From Delftia acidovorans NBRC 14950 (GTDB lineage: Bacteria > Pseudomonadota > Gammaproteobacteria > Burkholderiales > Burkholderiaceae_C), in the NCBI RefSeq assembly GCF_001598795.1, contig NZ_BCZP01000001.1, positions 1 through 32,000 on the forward strand: a DNA stretch of 32,000 nucleotides, read 5' to 3'. How positions within the stretch are numbered: position 1 is the first letter of the stretch; each line of letters begins with the position of its first letter. Of this stretch, positions 13,802 through 21,500 are shown piece after piece. The translations under genes were made by a program, and so were the position numbers. The notes under the pieces were generated by a model. It did not search any database, was not told the DNA's origin, and saw nothing but the letters and a program-made list of their open reading frames with translations.

Positions 13802-13825
13802 GAGACGGGGACTCATTACCATGCA

Positions 13826-13935
13826 GGATGCGCGGGAGAAATTGAAGGCTTACAGCATGACTATAACCATCATCGCCCGCGCGGTTTGCTTGGCCACCTG
13901 ACCCTAAGCGAATTCGTCAAAGAGAGATTAGATCA
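13826..13935 (+). pseudogene. IS3-family transposase (rve) C-terminal tail fragment
   Basis: The frame starting at 13802 reads ...AGEIEGLQHDYNHHRPRGLLGHLTLSEFVKE, matching the conserved IS3 OrfB C-terminus (W..DYN..RPHSSLG..TP.EF). No upstream catalytic region is present. Confidence 0.55.
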
Positions 13936-14003
13936 ACAGCTGGAAAGTCGCTCAACTCCAGTTTTGAAGCGACCGGGTATGTGGAAAATGCCAGCGATAA
14001 ATC

Positions 14004-16151
14004 TCATCGCGGAAAATCCGACGCCCGAGTGGGAGGGGTGAAGCCGCCGATGTAGCGAGCCACTCCCTTCGTGATGCGCAATTCATCCACATTGGCGTTG
14101 AGGTACGAATCGCCATACCCAAGACTTTGGCCAAACTGCGTAATGAGGGCTGAGTTGTTTAAATCACGTGAAAGTGTCAATCGATTCATCTCTACTCCAT
14201 TACGGTAGCTGTAGAGCTGATTGCCTAGGCGTGAAACGGCAAAGTGAGCCCATTGATTCTGTGCCACATCATGCAGCCCCATGCTAAACCATGCGTTGCC
14301 CGCTGTTGGACTGGCATATTGAAAACCAATTTCTGCATCGTTGTTGATGATGCTGTAGTCATGATCGGCTCCGCTGGTTCTTTTGGAAAGCACCGTCCCG
14401 TACAGTGACGTTCCGCTCCAAGCTCGCAAATACAGCCAAAACTCAATGGTGAAGTCCGAGCTGGAGAGATTCATGTCTTCCGAATATGGAACATGCAACA
14501 TCGATCCGCTGCCATTAAAGCGCACGCTCGCAGTGCCTAATTTTTTAACATCCCCCATCGTGAGCACCGTACCGCTTCTGGATACATTTTTCCCCGTCTC
14601 TTCGAAAAAGGTGGTTCCAAAATTCTCGCCGTCAAAATGCATCAGCAGTACGACTGCACCAACCCCCATTTCGACGTCAAATGACTCCAATACATTGCTG
14701 TCGGGATCAAAAGCCTGAACCGCGAACTTGTAGTACCCATTGGCAGCGGTACTCACGCCGCTGATGAGGCCTTGCCCATTCAGCGTCAGCCCTTCCGGCA
14801 GTGTTCCTGCAGCAAGCATCCAGACAACAGATGAGGATGAAGACGAAACGACTTGGCCGGAAAGCTGGCTGAAATAGCTCTCTCCCCGTGCCGCAGAAAC
14901 CAGAAGGCGCTTGTCCGTCGGCACCGACACTGTCGTCTCGCCACGCACGACGAGGGTTGCGAGTACAGAGGAGAAGTTCTCGGCGTGAGCGGTCAAACGG
15001 GTCGCACCGGCAGCCAGACCAGTCACATCAAAACCGGCACATTGCTGCCCAGCCTGCAAGACAACCGATGCAGAGATATTCAGTACCGAAGGATTTGCCA
15101 CTGTCAGCTGAACGGGGACGTCGCGAGCTTCGGGATTCGGCAGACACACAGTCATGGCAGTGCGAACGCCTTGATTAAGCACGGCACTCGAAGGCGCCAG
15201 ACTTAGCAAAGGCATATCTCGCACTTCAACCTGAGCCTCCGCAATGCCCAGACTGACATGACTGACGGTGATCTTTGCGATGCCAAGATTGTTGGCTTGA
15301 ACTTTGAAATCAGCGCTACGTTGCCCCTCTGGAATGAAGATGCTGGTGCTTGTTGAGGCAACTGAAGGATTGCTGCTACCTGCGTCCAGAGTCATGCCGC
15401 CAGAAGGCGCCGCTGTATCGATTGATATCTGAAGAGAGCTTTCAGTACCAGGATTGAGTTTGAGACTGGTGGGCTTAATGGTAAGAGCCTCTTGACCAAC
15501 ATGAATAAAGCCCTGTTGTACGAGGTAGGGAATACCCAGCAAACCCCAAGTTATTGAATTTCGGATATGGCCATTTGGCACAACGATCGCATTCAGAAGA
15601 TTTCCGTAAGCCGAGTTGCCGTTTCCCACGGGAGAAGACTCCAGATCCATTATCACTGCAGGCGCGTTGTGATGATGAATGATCGTATTGGATATTTGTG
15701 GAGACGAAGCCTCGATGGCGATACCCCCACCATATTCAAAATGTACATAGACCAACCGTGTCAGCGAATTGTTGGTGCCAGCCGTAAAACGCCATGTCCC
15801 CCAATCCCCTGCAGCGGGAGTGCTTTCGGCGGAGGTAATCACGATCGGTTTGGTTGAGGTGCCAATAGCGTTGAAAGCACCTTTTTGAAGAGTGAAGCTG
15901 GCATCCTGTGCCATGCGAATCGTCACGCCGGGCTCGACGCTCATGGTTGCGTCATTGCCCAGCACGACGGCGCCTTGGAATGTATAAGGCGACTGTGCGG
16001 CGCGCAGTGTGATATTGCTTTCAATGCGGCCAGTGATTTCTGTGAGGCTTTGGGCTATAGATTGACTGCTGCTCGCCAGCATTGCGAGCAGCAAAAGAAA
16101 TTTAGCGCCAGCTTGACGGGCTATGCGCTTCACTTTGAACAATTCACTCAC
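14004..16151 (-). CDS. 715-aa secreted protein: beta-helix-type N-module, Ig-like repeats, C-terminal LamG/concanavalin-A-like lectin domain
   Basis: Signal peptide KFLLLLAMLASSSQSIA|QS. The N-module (GVTIRMAQDASFTLQKGAFNAIGTSTKPIVITSAESTPAAGDWGTWRF...VHFEYGGG) parallels the N-module of the 478-4983 protein (GVIVKFGQGAGISV...QAGDWLGVLV...VRYAGG). Ig-like repeats include IFIPEGQRSADFKVQANNLGIAKITVSH and VVLQAGQQCAGFDVTGLAAGATRLTAHA. The Laminin_G_3-like end reads LLMHFDGENF...VRFNGSGSMLHVPYSEDMNLSSSDFTIEFWLYLRAW...NVDELRITKGVARY. Hand-counted GC samples are about 50%. Confidence 0.8.
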   Translation of the reverse strand: MSELFKVKRIARQAGAKFLLLLAMLASSSQSIAQSLTEITGRIESNITLRAAQSPYTFQGAVVLGNDATMSVEPGVTIRMAQDASFTLQKGAFNAIGTSTKPIVITSAESTPAAGDWGTWRFTAGTNNSLTRLVYVHFEYGGGIAIEASSPQISNTIIHHHNAPAVIMDLESSPVGNGNSAYGNLLNAIVVPNGHIRNSITWGLLGIPYLVQQGFIHVGQEALTIKPTSLKLNPGTESSLQISIDTAAPSGGMTLDAGSSNPSVASTSTSIFIPEGQRSADFKVQANNLGIAKITVSHVSLGIAEAQVEVRDMPLLSLAPSSAVLNQGVRTAMTVCLPNPEARDVPVQLTVANPSVLNISASVVLQAGQQCAGFDVTGLAAGATRLTAHAENFSSVLATLVVRGETTVSVPTDKRLLVSAARGESYFSQLSGQVVSSSSSSVVWMLAAGTLPEGLTLNGQGLISGVSTAANGYYKFAVQAFDPDSNVLESFDVEMGVGAVVLLMHFDGENFGTTFFEETGKNVSRSGTVLTMGDVKKLGTASVRFNGSGSMLHVPYSEDMNLSSSDFTIEFWLYLRAWSGTSLYGTVLSKRTSGADHDYSIINNDAEIGFQYASPTAGNAWFSMGLHDVAQNQWAHFAVSRLGNQLYSYRNGVEMNRLTLSRDLNNSALITQFGQSLGYGDSYLNANVDELRITKGVARYIGGFTPPTRASDFPR

Positions 16152-16898
16152 CGCACGACCTCTGTGTGTTGAACCAACCGGAACGCGAGTATGGATGAAG
16201 TACAGTCCGCATACCCATTCTTGGTATTTGTTGGTTGTCGTTTTTTTGCAATATGCGGGCCATGGCTTTTGCGTTCCGCCGGAATCGGCTGGGCTGGACT
16301 TCTTGAAGAGTGAAATTGACAGCCGTGACCCTTCATCGGGAATACCTGCGTCGGCGAGCGGCGGTGATCAGCGAACCAGATGCTCACGCAGCAGCCTGTT
16401 CATGTCCGCAAAAATAGGATTGGTCTGACCGTCATGCCTTTTCACGGGCAGAGTCTGGAGGGCTTGTGAAGGAAGCCGATCCAGGGCCGATTCAAAGGCT
16501 CCTTGCCTGCGACCCGCAACAGACGCCGCAAGGGTTATGAACGATCAATTCCATCTGGCTGGCGCGATGCAAGCGCTGCACCGTTGAAGAGCGTTTGCGC
16601 GCCTGCCGGCAAGCCCGCCCTCCCATGACCCATACGCCAGAGCGGGTAGACGGTCCGCCGTGATGCTGCGCCCAACGGCGCCAAAGCCGCGCTCCCCACA
16701 CAGCTACAGTACAAACCCTAGAATCCCCGGACGACTGCGCCACGCCGCGTTCGCTGTTGCGCCGGCCCACAAGCCGGCCCCAAGAGAGAGCCAAGTCCTC
16801 CGATCCCGAAGTCTTGCAGAACGATCTGCCGCTGCACGCTCATCCGTTGCCGTGGCATCCACCGCGCCGTCCTGCTGTTCGATCCCTGGAAAAAAACC

Positions 16899-18224
16899 AT
16901 GACTACGCTTGACCAAGCGCAGCCGGGCATGGCCCCCGCTGTTGCGACCGCACGTCCTCTCAACCGACAGGACTACAAGACCCTGGGCCTGTCGGCCCTG
17001 GGCGGCACCCTGGAGTTCTACGACTTCGTCGTTTTCGTTTTCTTCGCCAATGTCATCGGCAAGCTGTTCTTCCCGGCCGAGATGCCGGACTGGCTGCGCC
17101 AGTTGCAGACGCTGGGCATTTTTGCGGCGGGCTACCTGGCCCGGCCCATCGGCGGCATTCTGATTGCGCACTTTGGCGACATCCTGGGCCGCAAGAAGAT
17201 GTTCACGCTGTCCATCTTCCTGATGGCCGTGCCCACGCTGGTGATCGGTCTGCTGCCCACCTATGCCTCCATCGGCATTGCCGCGCCGATTTTGCTGCTG
17301 GCCATGCGCGTGCTGCAGGGCGCGGCCATTGGTGGCGAGATGCCGGGCGCCTGGGTCTTCGTGGCCGAGCATGCGCCGGCGCGCCACTATGGCTTTGCCA
17401 TCGGCTCGCTGACTTCGGGCATCACGGGCGGCATTTTCCTGGGCTCCATCATCGGTGTCTGGCTCAACAGCACCTACAGCGCCGAGGAGATCCACGACTG
17501 GGCCTGGCGCATGCCCTTCATCCTGGGCGGCGTGTTCGGCCTGGTATCGGTCTACCTGCGCAAGTTCCTGCACGAGACACCCATCTTCCAGGAGCTGATG
17601 GCTCGCAAGCAGGCCGACCGCGAACTGCCGCTCAAGACCATCGTGCGCGACCACCGCCAGGCCTGCGTGCTGGTGGCGCTGATGACCTGGGTGCTGTCCA
17701 CGGCCATCGTGGTGGTGGTGCTGTTCACGCCGGCCTATCTGCAGAAGGTCTTCCACATCGACGCGGCCCTGGCCATGAAGGCCAACGCCGTGGCCACGGT
17801 GACGCTGACGCTGGGCTGTGTGTTCTGGGGCTGGCTGTCCGACAAGATGGGCACGCGTGTGGCCATGGTCACGGGCTGGCTGGGCATGACGGTGACGGCC
17901 TATGCGTTCTATCTGAACCTGCCGGGCACGGCGTCCTCGCTGGTGTGGAGCTACGCGCTGGTGGGCTTTTTCGTGGGCAGCATTGCGCTGCTGCCGGTGG
18001 TGGGCGTGCGCGCCTTCCCGGCCGAGGTGCGTTTCACGGGCCTGTCCTTTGCCTACAACATGGCCTATGCGGTGTTCGGCGGCATGACGCCCATGCTGGT
18101 GTCCGTTTGGCAGCAGGTGGATGTGATGGCGCCTGCGCACTATGTGGCGGCCATGGGCATCCTGGGCGCGGCCATCGGCTTCTGGCCCCTGGCCTGCCAT
18201 GGTTGGCAACCCAGGCGCGGCTGA
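16899..18224 (+). CDS. MFS transporter, metabolite:H+ symporter (ProP/KgtP/ShiA-like) family
   Basis: 441 aa, about 12 hydrophobic segments. N-terminal signature LGGTLEFYDFVVFVFFANVIGKLFFP and GYLARPIGGILIAHFGDILGRKK (MFS motif A-like), typical of the MHS family. Confidence 0.88.
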   Translation: MTTLDQAQPGMAPAVATARPLNRQDYKTLGLSALGGTLEFYDFVVFVFFANVIGKLFFPAEMPDWLRQLQTLGIFAAGYLARPIGGILIAHFGDILGRKKMFTLSIFLMAVPTLVIGLLPTYASIGIAAPILLLAMRVLQGAAIGGEMPGAWVFVAEHAPARHYGFAIGSLTSGITGGIFLGSIIGVWLNSTYSAEEIHDWAWRMPFILGGVFGLVSVYLRKFLHETPIFQELMARKQADRELPLKTIVRDHRQACVLVALMTWVLSTAIVVVVLFTPAYLQKVFHIDAALAMKANAVATVTLTLGCVFWGWLSDKMGTRVAMVTGWLGMTVTAYAFYLNLPGTASSLVWSYALVGFFVGSIALLPVVGVRAFPAEVRFTGLSFAYNMAYAVFGGMTPMLVSVWQQVDVMAPAHYVAAMGILGAAIGFWPLACHGWQPRRG

Positions 18225-18242
18225 GCTGGGCAGTGGAATGAA

Positions 18243-18264
18243 GGGCAGCATGGCTGCCCTTTTT
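18243..18264 (+). terminator. Intrinsic terminator after the MFS gene
   Basis: GGGCAGC (18243-18249), loop ATG, GCTGCCC (18253-18259), then TTTTT. Confidence 0.7.
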
Positions 18265-18298
18265 CTTGGGCGCCGCATGGATCGCTGACAATCCTTTC

Positions 18299-19045
18299 AT
18301 GAGCACCACGCGACAAGAACTCCTGGCCCACTTCGACGGTTTGCTGCAGCCCGAGCGCTTCAAGGACTATGGTCCCAACGGCCTGCAGGTGGAGGGGCGC
18401 GGCGAGATCCGCCGCATCGTCAGCGGGGTGACGGCCAGCCGCGCGCTGATCGAGGCGGCCATCGAGGCGCAGGCCGATGCCATCTTCGTGCACCACGGCT
18501 TGTTCTGGCGCGGCATGGATGGCCGCATCACGGGCTGGCTCAAGGAGCGCATCCGCCTGCTGCTGGCCCACGACATCAATCTCTTTGCCTACCACCTGCC
18601 GCTGGATGCCCATCCGCAATGGGGCAACAACGCGCAGTTGGGCGTGCAACTGGGGCTTGAGGGCCAGGCAACGTTTGGCGAGCAGAACCTGGGCTGGATG
18701 GCCGCGGCGGAGTTTGCCGACGCGGCGGCGCTGGGCAGGCATGTGGAGCAGGCGCTGGGGCGCACTCCTGTCTGCGTGGGGGGAGAGCGCCCCATGCGCC
18801 GCATTGCATGGTGCACGGGTGGCGCGCAAGGTTTCTTCGAGGCCGCGATTGCCGCTGGGGCCGATGCCTTCATCACGGGCGAGATTTCCGAGCCGCAGGC
18901 GCACCTGGCCCGGGAAACGGGCGTGGCCTTTCTGGCGGCAGGCCACCATGCCACGGAGCGCTACGGCGCGCCGGCCCTGGCGGGGCAGGTGGCATTGGAG
19001 CTGGGGCTGGAGCACCGTTTCATCGAGATCGACAATCCGGCCTGA
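18299..19045 (+). CDS. ybgI: Nif3-family dinuclear metal centre protein (YbgI / GTP cyclohydrolase 1 type 2 homologue)
   Basis: ATG 18299 lies just downstream of the terminator; the ORF-track start at 18266 overlaps the terminator. DYGPNGLQVEGRGEIRRIVSGVTASRALIEAAIEAQADAIFVHHGLFW...LLAHDINLFAYHLPLDAHPQWGNNAQL closely parallels E. coli YbgI. Confidence 0.9.
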   Translation: MSTTRQELLAHFDGLLQPERFKDYGPNGLQVEGRGEIRRIVSGVTASRALIEAAIEAQADAIFVHHGLFWRGMDGRITGWLKERIRLLLAHDINLFAYHLPLDAHPQWGNNAQLGVQLGLEGQATFGEQNLGWMAAAEFADAAALGRHVEQALGRTPVCVGGERPMRRIAWCTGGAQGFFEAAIAAGADAFITGEISEPQAHLARETGVAFLAAGHHATERYGAPALAGQVALELGLEHRFIEIDNPA

Positions 19046-19082
19046 TGCTGGCCTGTTATTGGCCCGTTGTTCGCCTACTATC

Positions 19083-19108
19083 GGCCCGCCCAAGGGGCGA
19101 GGCCTTTT
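19083..19108 (+). terminator. Probable intrinsic terminator after ybgI
   Basis: GGCCCGCCC / GGGCGAGGCC stem with a one-base bulge, loop AAG, followed by TTTT (19105-19108). Confidence 0.55.
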
Positions 19109-19157
19109 GCTGCAAGCGCGGTGCGAATGACCGGCTTGCCTGATCCGGATACCGAAA

Positions 19158-20219
19158 ATGCCTGATTTCACACACCCCCAAGCCGCGATTGCCATCACCC
19201 AGGGCGACTCTGCAGGCGTAGGGCCCGAGACCATCGCCAAGGCATTCATGGAAGTGCCCGAGGTCATGCGCGGCTGCTTCGTCGTCGGCGAGTTGCAGAC
19301 GCTGCGCCGGGCAGCCGCCGTGGCGGCGCGTGCGCGCGATGGCGACAACGCCATTCCCCTGCCCGTGGCCGTCATCGAGTCGGCTGAGCAACTGTGGCAG
19401 GTGCCGCGCCACTGCATCCCTTTGCTGGAGCTGCCCGGGCTGCCCGGTCCTGCGTCCTGGGGCCAGGTGAGTGCCAGCGCCGGTGACGCGGCTGCGCGCT
19501 GCGTGGTCTGGGCCGCGCGGGCTGCCTTGCGCGGCGAGATCGCGGCTCTTGTGACGGCGCCTCTGCACAAGGAGGCGCTGCATGCTGCGGGCGTGGACTT
19601 TCCTGGTCATACCGAGCTGCTGCAGTTCGAGGCTGCGCAGCATGCGGGTGTGGGCCTGGACCGCATGCCGGTGCGCATGATGCTGGCCAACGATGAGCTG
19701 CGCACGGTGCTGGTCAGCATCCATACCTCGCTGCGCAAGGCGATCGATGCGGTAACGAAGGACAACCTGCTGCAGACCTTGCGCATCACGCATGAGGCCC
19801 TGTCTCGCAGCCTGGGTCGCCCGCCGCGGATCGGTGTGGCAGGGCTGAACCCGCATGCGGGCGAGGGCGGCCTGTTCGGCAGCGAGGAGGTCGAGATCAT
19901 TGCCCCGGCCATCGCCCAGGCGCGCGCCGAGGGCCTGGACGCCCATGGACCTTTTGCGCCCGATACGGTGTTCATGCGCGCCCGCAATGCTACCGGCCAC
20001 CCCGGTGAGTTCGACGTGGTGCTGGCCATGTACCACGACCAGGGACTGATTCCCGTGAAGTATCTGGGCGTGGAAAAGGGCGTGAATGTCACATTGGGGC
20101 TGCCGCTGGTGCGCACCAGTCCGGACCACGGCACGGCTTTCGATATTGCAGGGCAGGGCCTTGCAGAGGCGAGCAGCCTGATTGAGTCCGTGCGAATGGC
20201 GCGCAAATTGGCGGCTTGA
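19158..20219 (+). CDS. pdxA: PdxA-family 4-hydroxythreonine-4-phosphate dehydrogenase
   Basis: 353 aa. Motifs ITQGDSAGVGPE, FPGHTELL, GLNPHAGEGG, MYHDQGLIPVK and LGLPLVRTSPDHGTAFDIAG are characteristic of PdxA/PdxA2. Assignment to the pdxA versus pdxA2-type subfamily is not resolved. Confidence 0.88.
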   Translation: MPDFTHPQAAIAITQGDSAGVGPETIAKAFMEVPEVMRGCFVVGELQTLRRAAAVAARARDGDNAIPLPVAVIESAEQLWQVPRHCIPLLELPGLPGPASWGQVSASAGDAAARCVVWAARAALRGEIAALVTAPLHKEALHAAGVDFPGHTELLQFEAAQHAGVGLDRMPVRMMLANDELRTVLVSIHTSLRKAIDAVTKDNLLQTLRITHEALSRSLGRPPRIGVAGLNPHAGEGGLFGSEEVEIIAPAIAQARAEGLDAHGPFAPDTVFMRARNATGHPGEFDVVLAMYHDQGLIPVKYLGVEKGVNVTLGLPLVRTSPDHGTAFDIAGQGLAEASSLIESVRMARKLAA

Positions 20220-20255
20220 ATGGCTAGCCCAAGCAACGGGAATCTGCAGTAATGG

Positions 20256-20289
20256 AAAACGCCCGTGGCAACCATGCCACGGGCGTTTT
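20256..20289. terminator. Bidirectional intrinsic terminator between convergent pdxA and mscL
   Basis: AAAAC, then GCCCGTGGCA (20261-20270), loop ACCA, TGCCACGGGC (20275-20284), then GTTTT. The 10-bp stem is perfect, with A- and T-tracts on either side. Confidence 0.78.
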
Positions 20290-20311
20290 GATTTGCATCA
20301 AAACACGGATT

Positions 20312-20740
20312 TCAACGCTTGAGGCTGTCGCGAATCTCGCGCAGCAGCACGATGTCTTCAGGGGTGACGGGGGCCGGTGCAGGGGCTGCCGGGGCCTCGC
20401 GGCGCAGGCGGTTGATCTGCTTGACCATCATGAAAATGATGAAGGCCAGGATGATGAAATTCACCGCCACCGTGATGAAGTTCCCATAGGCAAATACGGG
20501 GACGCCGGCCTTCTTGAGGGCATCGAGCGTCATCGCTGTTCCGGGGGGCACGCTGCCCAGCACGACGAACAGATTGGAGAAGTCCAGCTTGCCGAAAACC
20601 AGGCCAACGACCGGCATGATCAGGTCGTTTACCACGGAATCAACGATTTTGCCAAACGCTCCGCCGATGATGACGCCCACGGCGAGATCTACCACGTTTC
20701 CCTTAACTGCGAACTCACGAAATTCCTGCATCATGCCCAT
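20312..20740 (-). CDS. mscL: Large-conductance mechanosensitive channel MscL
   Basis: [46 protein letters not shown] matches the MscL N-terminus. The start at 20740 was chosen because GGAG lies 6 nt upstream; the ORF-track start at 20803 adds 21 non-homologous residues. Confidence 0.9.
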   Translation of the reverse strand: MGMMQEFREFAVKGNVVDLAVGVIIGGAFGKIVDSVVNDLIMPVVGLVFGKLDFSNLFVVLGSVPPGTAMTLDALKKAGVPVFAYGNFITVAVNFIILAFIIFMMVKQINRLRREAPAAPAPAPVTPEDIVLLREIRDSLKR

Positions 20741-20889
20741 GGCTGGCTCCATCTGGAAAGAGTTTGAGATAGCGCAGTATTGCGCGGCTTTGGAGCCTGT
20801 CAATGTCGGAGTCGGTATGGAATAACCATACTCGCCCCGCTACAATTTATTGTTGACCCCAACTCAAGCGACGTAGTTCGAGGAACCCC

Positions 20890-21486
20890 ATGAGTGACAC
20901 TCCAATCGACTCCAGCAAGCGGACGTGGATCATCACGTCGGCGTGTGCTGGCGCGGTGGGCGGCGTGGCGACAGCCGTCCCGTTCGTGAGCACCTTCCAG
21001 CCATCCGAGAAGGCCAAGGCCGCCGGGGCTGCAGTGGAGGTCGATATCTCCGCACTCAAGGACGGCGAGAAGCTCACGGTCGAGTGGCGCGGCAAGCCAG
21101 TCTGGATCATCAAGCGCACGCCGGAACAGATCAAGGAACTGCCCGAGCTGGACAGCCAGCTGGCCGATCCCCAGTCCAAGCGCCACCCTGAAGAGTTCAC
21201 GCCGCCCTACGCGATGAATGAAGCCCGCTCGATCAAGCCCGAAGTGCTGGTCGTCGTCGGCATCTGCACGCACCTGGGCTGCTCGCCTTCCGACAAGTTC
21301 CAGCCCGGCGCGCAGCCTTCGCTGCCCAATGACTGGAAGGGCGGCTTCCTGTGCCCCTGCCATGGCTCGACCTTTGACATGGCTGGCCGTGTCTTCAAGA
21401 ACAAGCCGGCCCCCGACAACCTGCAGGTGCCACCGCACATGTACCTGTCGGAGACCAAGCTCCTCATCGGTGAAGACAAGGCTTGA
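20890..21486 (+). CDS. petA: Ubiquinol-cytochrome c reductase Rieske iron-sulfur subunit
   Basis: 198 aa with Rieske boxes CTHLGCSP and CPCHGSTF, and an N-terminal Tat/TM-like anchor. First gene of the petABC order. Confidence 0.95.
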   Translation: MSDTPIDSSKRTWIITSACAGAVGGVATAVPFVSTFQPSEKAKAAGAAVEVDISALKDGEKLTVEWRGKPVWIIKRTPEQIKELPELDSQLADPQSKRHPEEFTPPYAMNEARSIKPEVLVVVGICTHLGCSPSDKFQPGAQPSLPNDWKGGFLCPCHGSTFDMAGRVFKNKPAPDNLQVPPHMYLSETKLLIGEDKA

Positions 21487-21500
21487 GGGAGACAAGAACA

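Larger units (their letters stand above)
13271..13802. mobile_element. 532-bp non-autonomous chimeric IS derivative bounded by perfect 22-bp inverted repeats
   Basis: CTTAGATGTACGGTCCCAGGAA (13271-13292) is the exact reverse complement of TTCCTGGGACCGTACATCTAAG (13781-13802); the bases on either side do not pair. The interior holds only transposase fragments of two different IS families. Confidence 0.7.
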
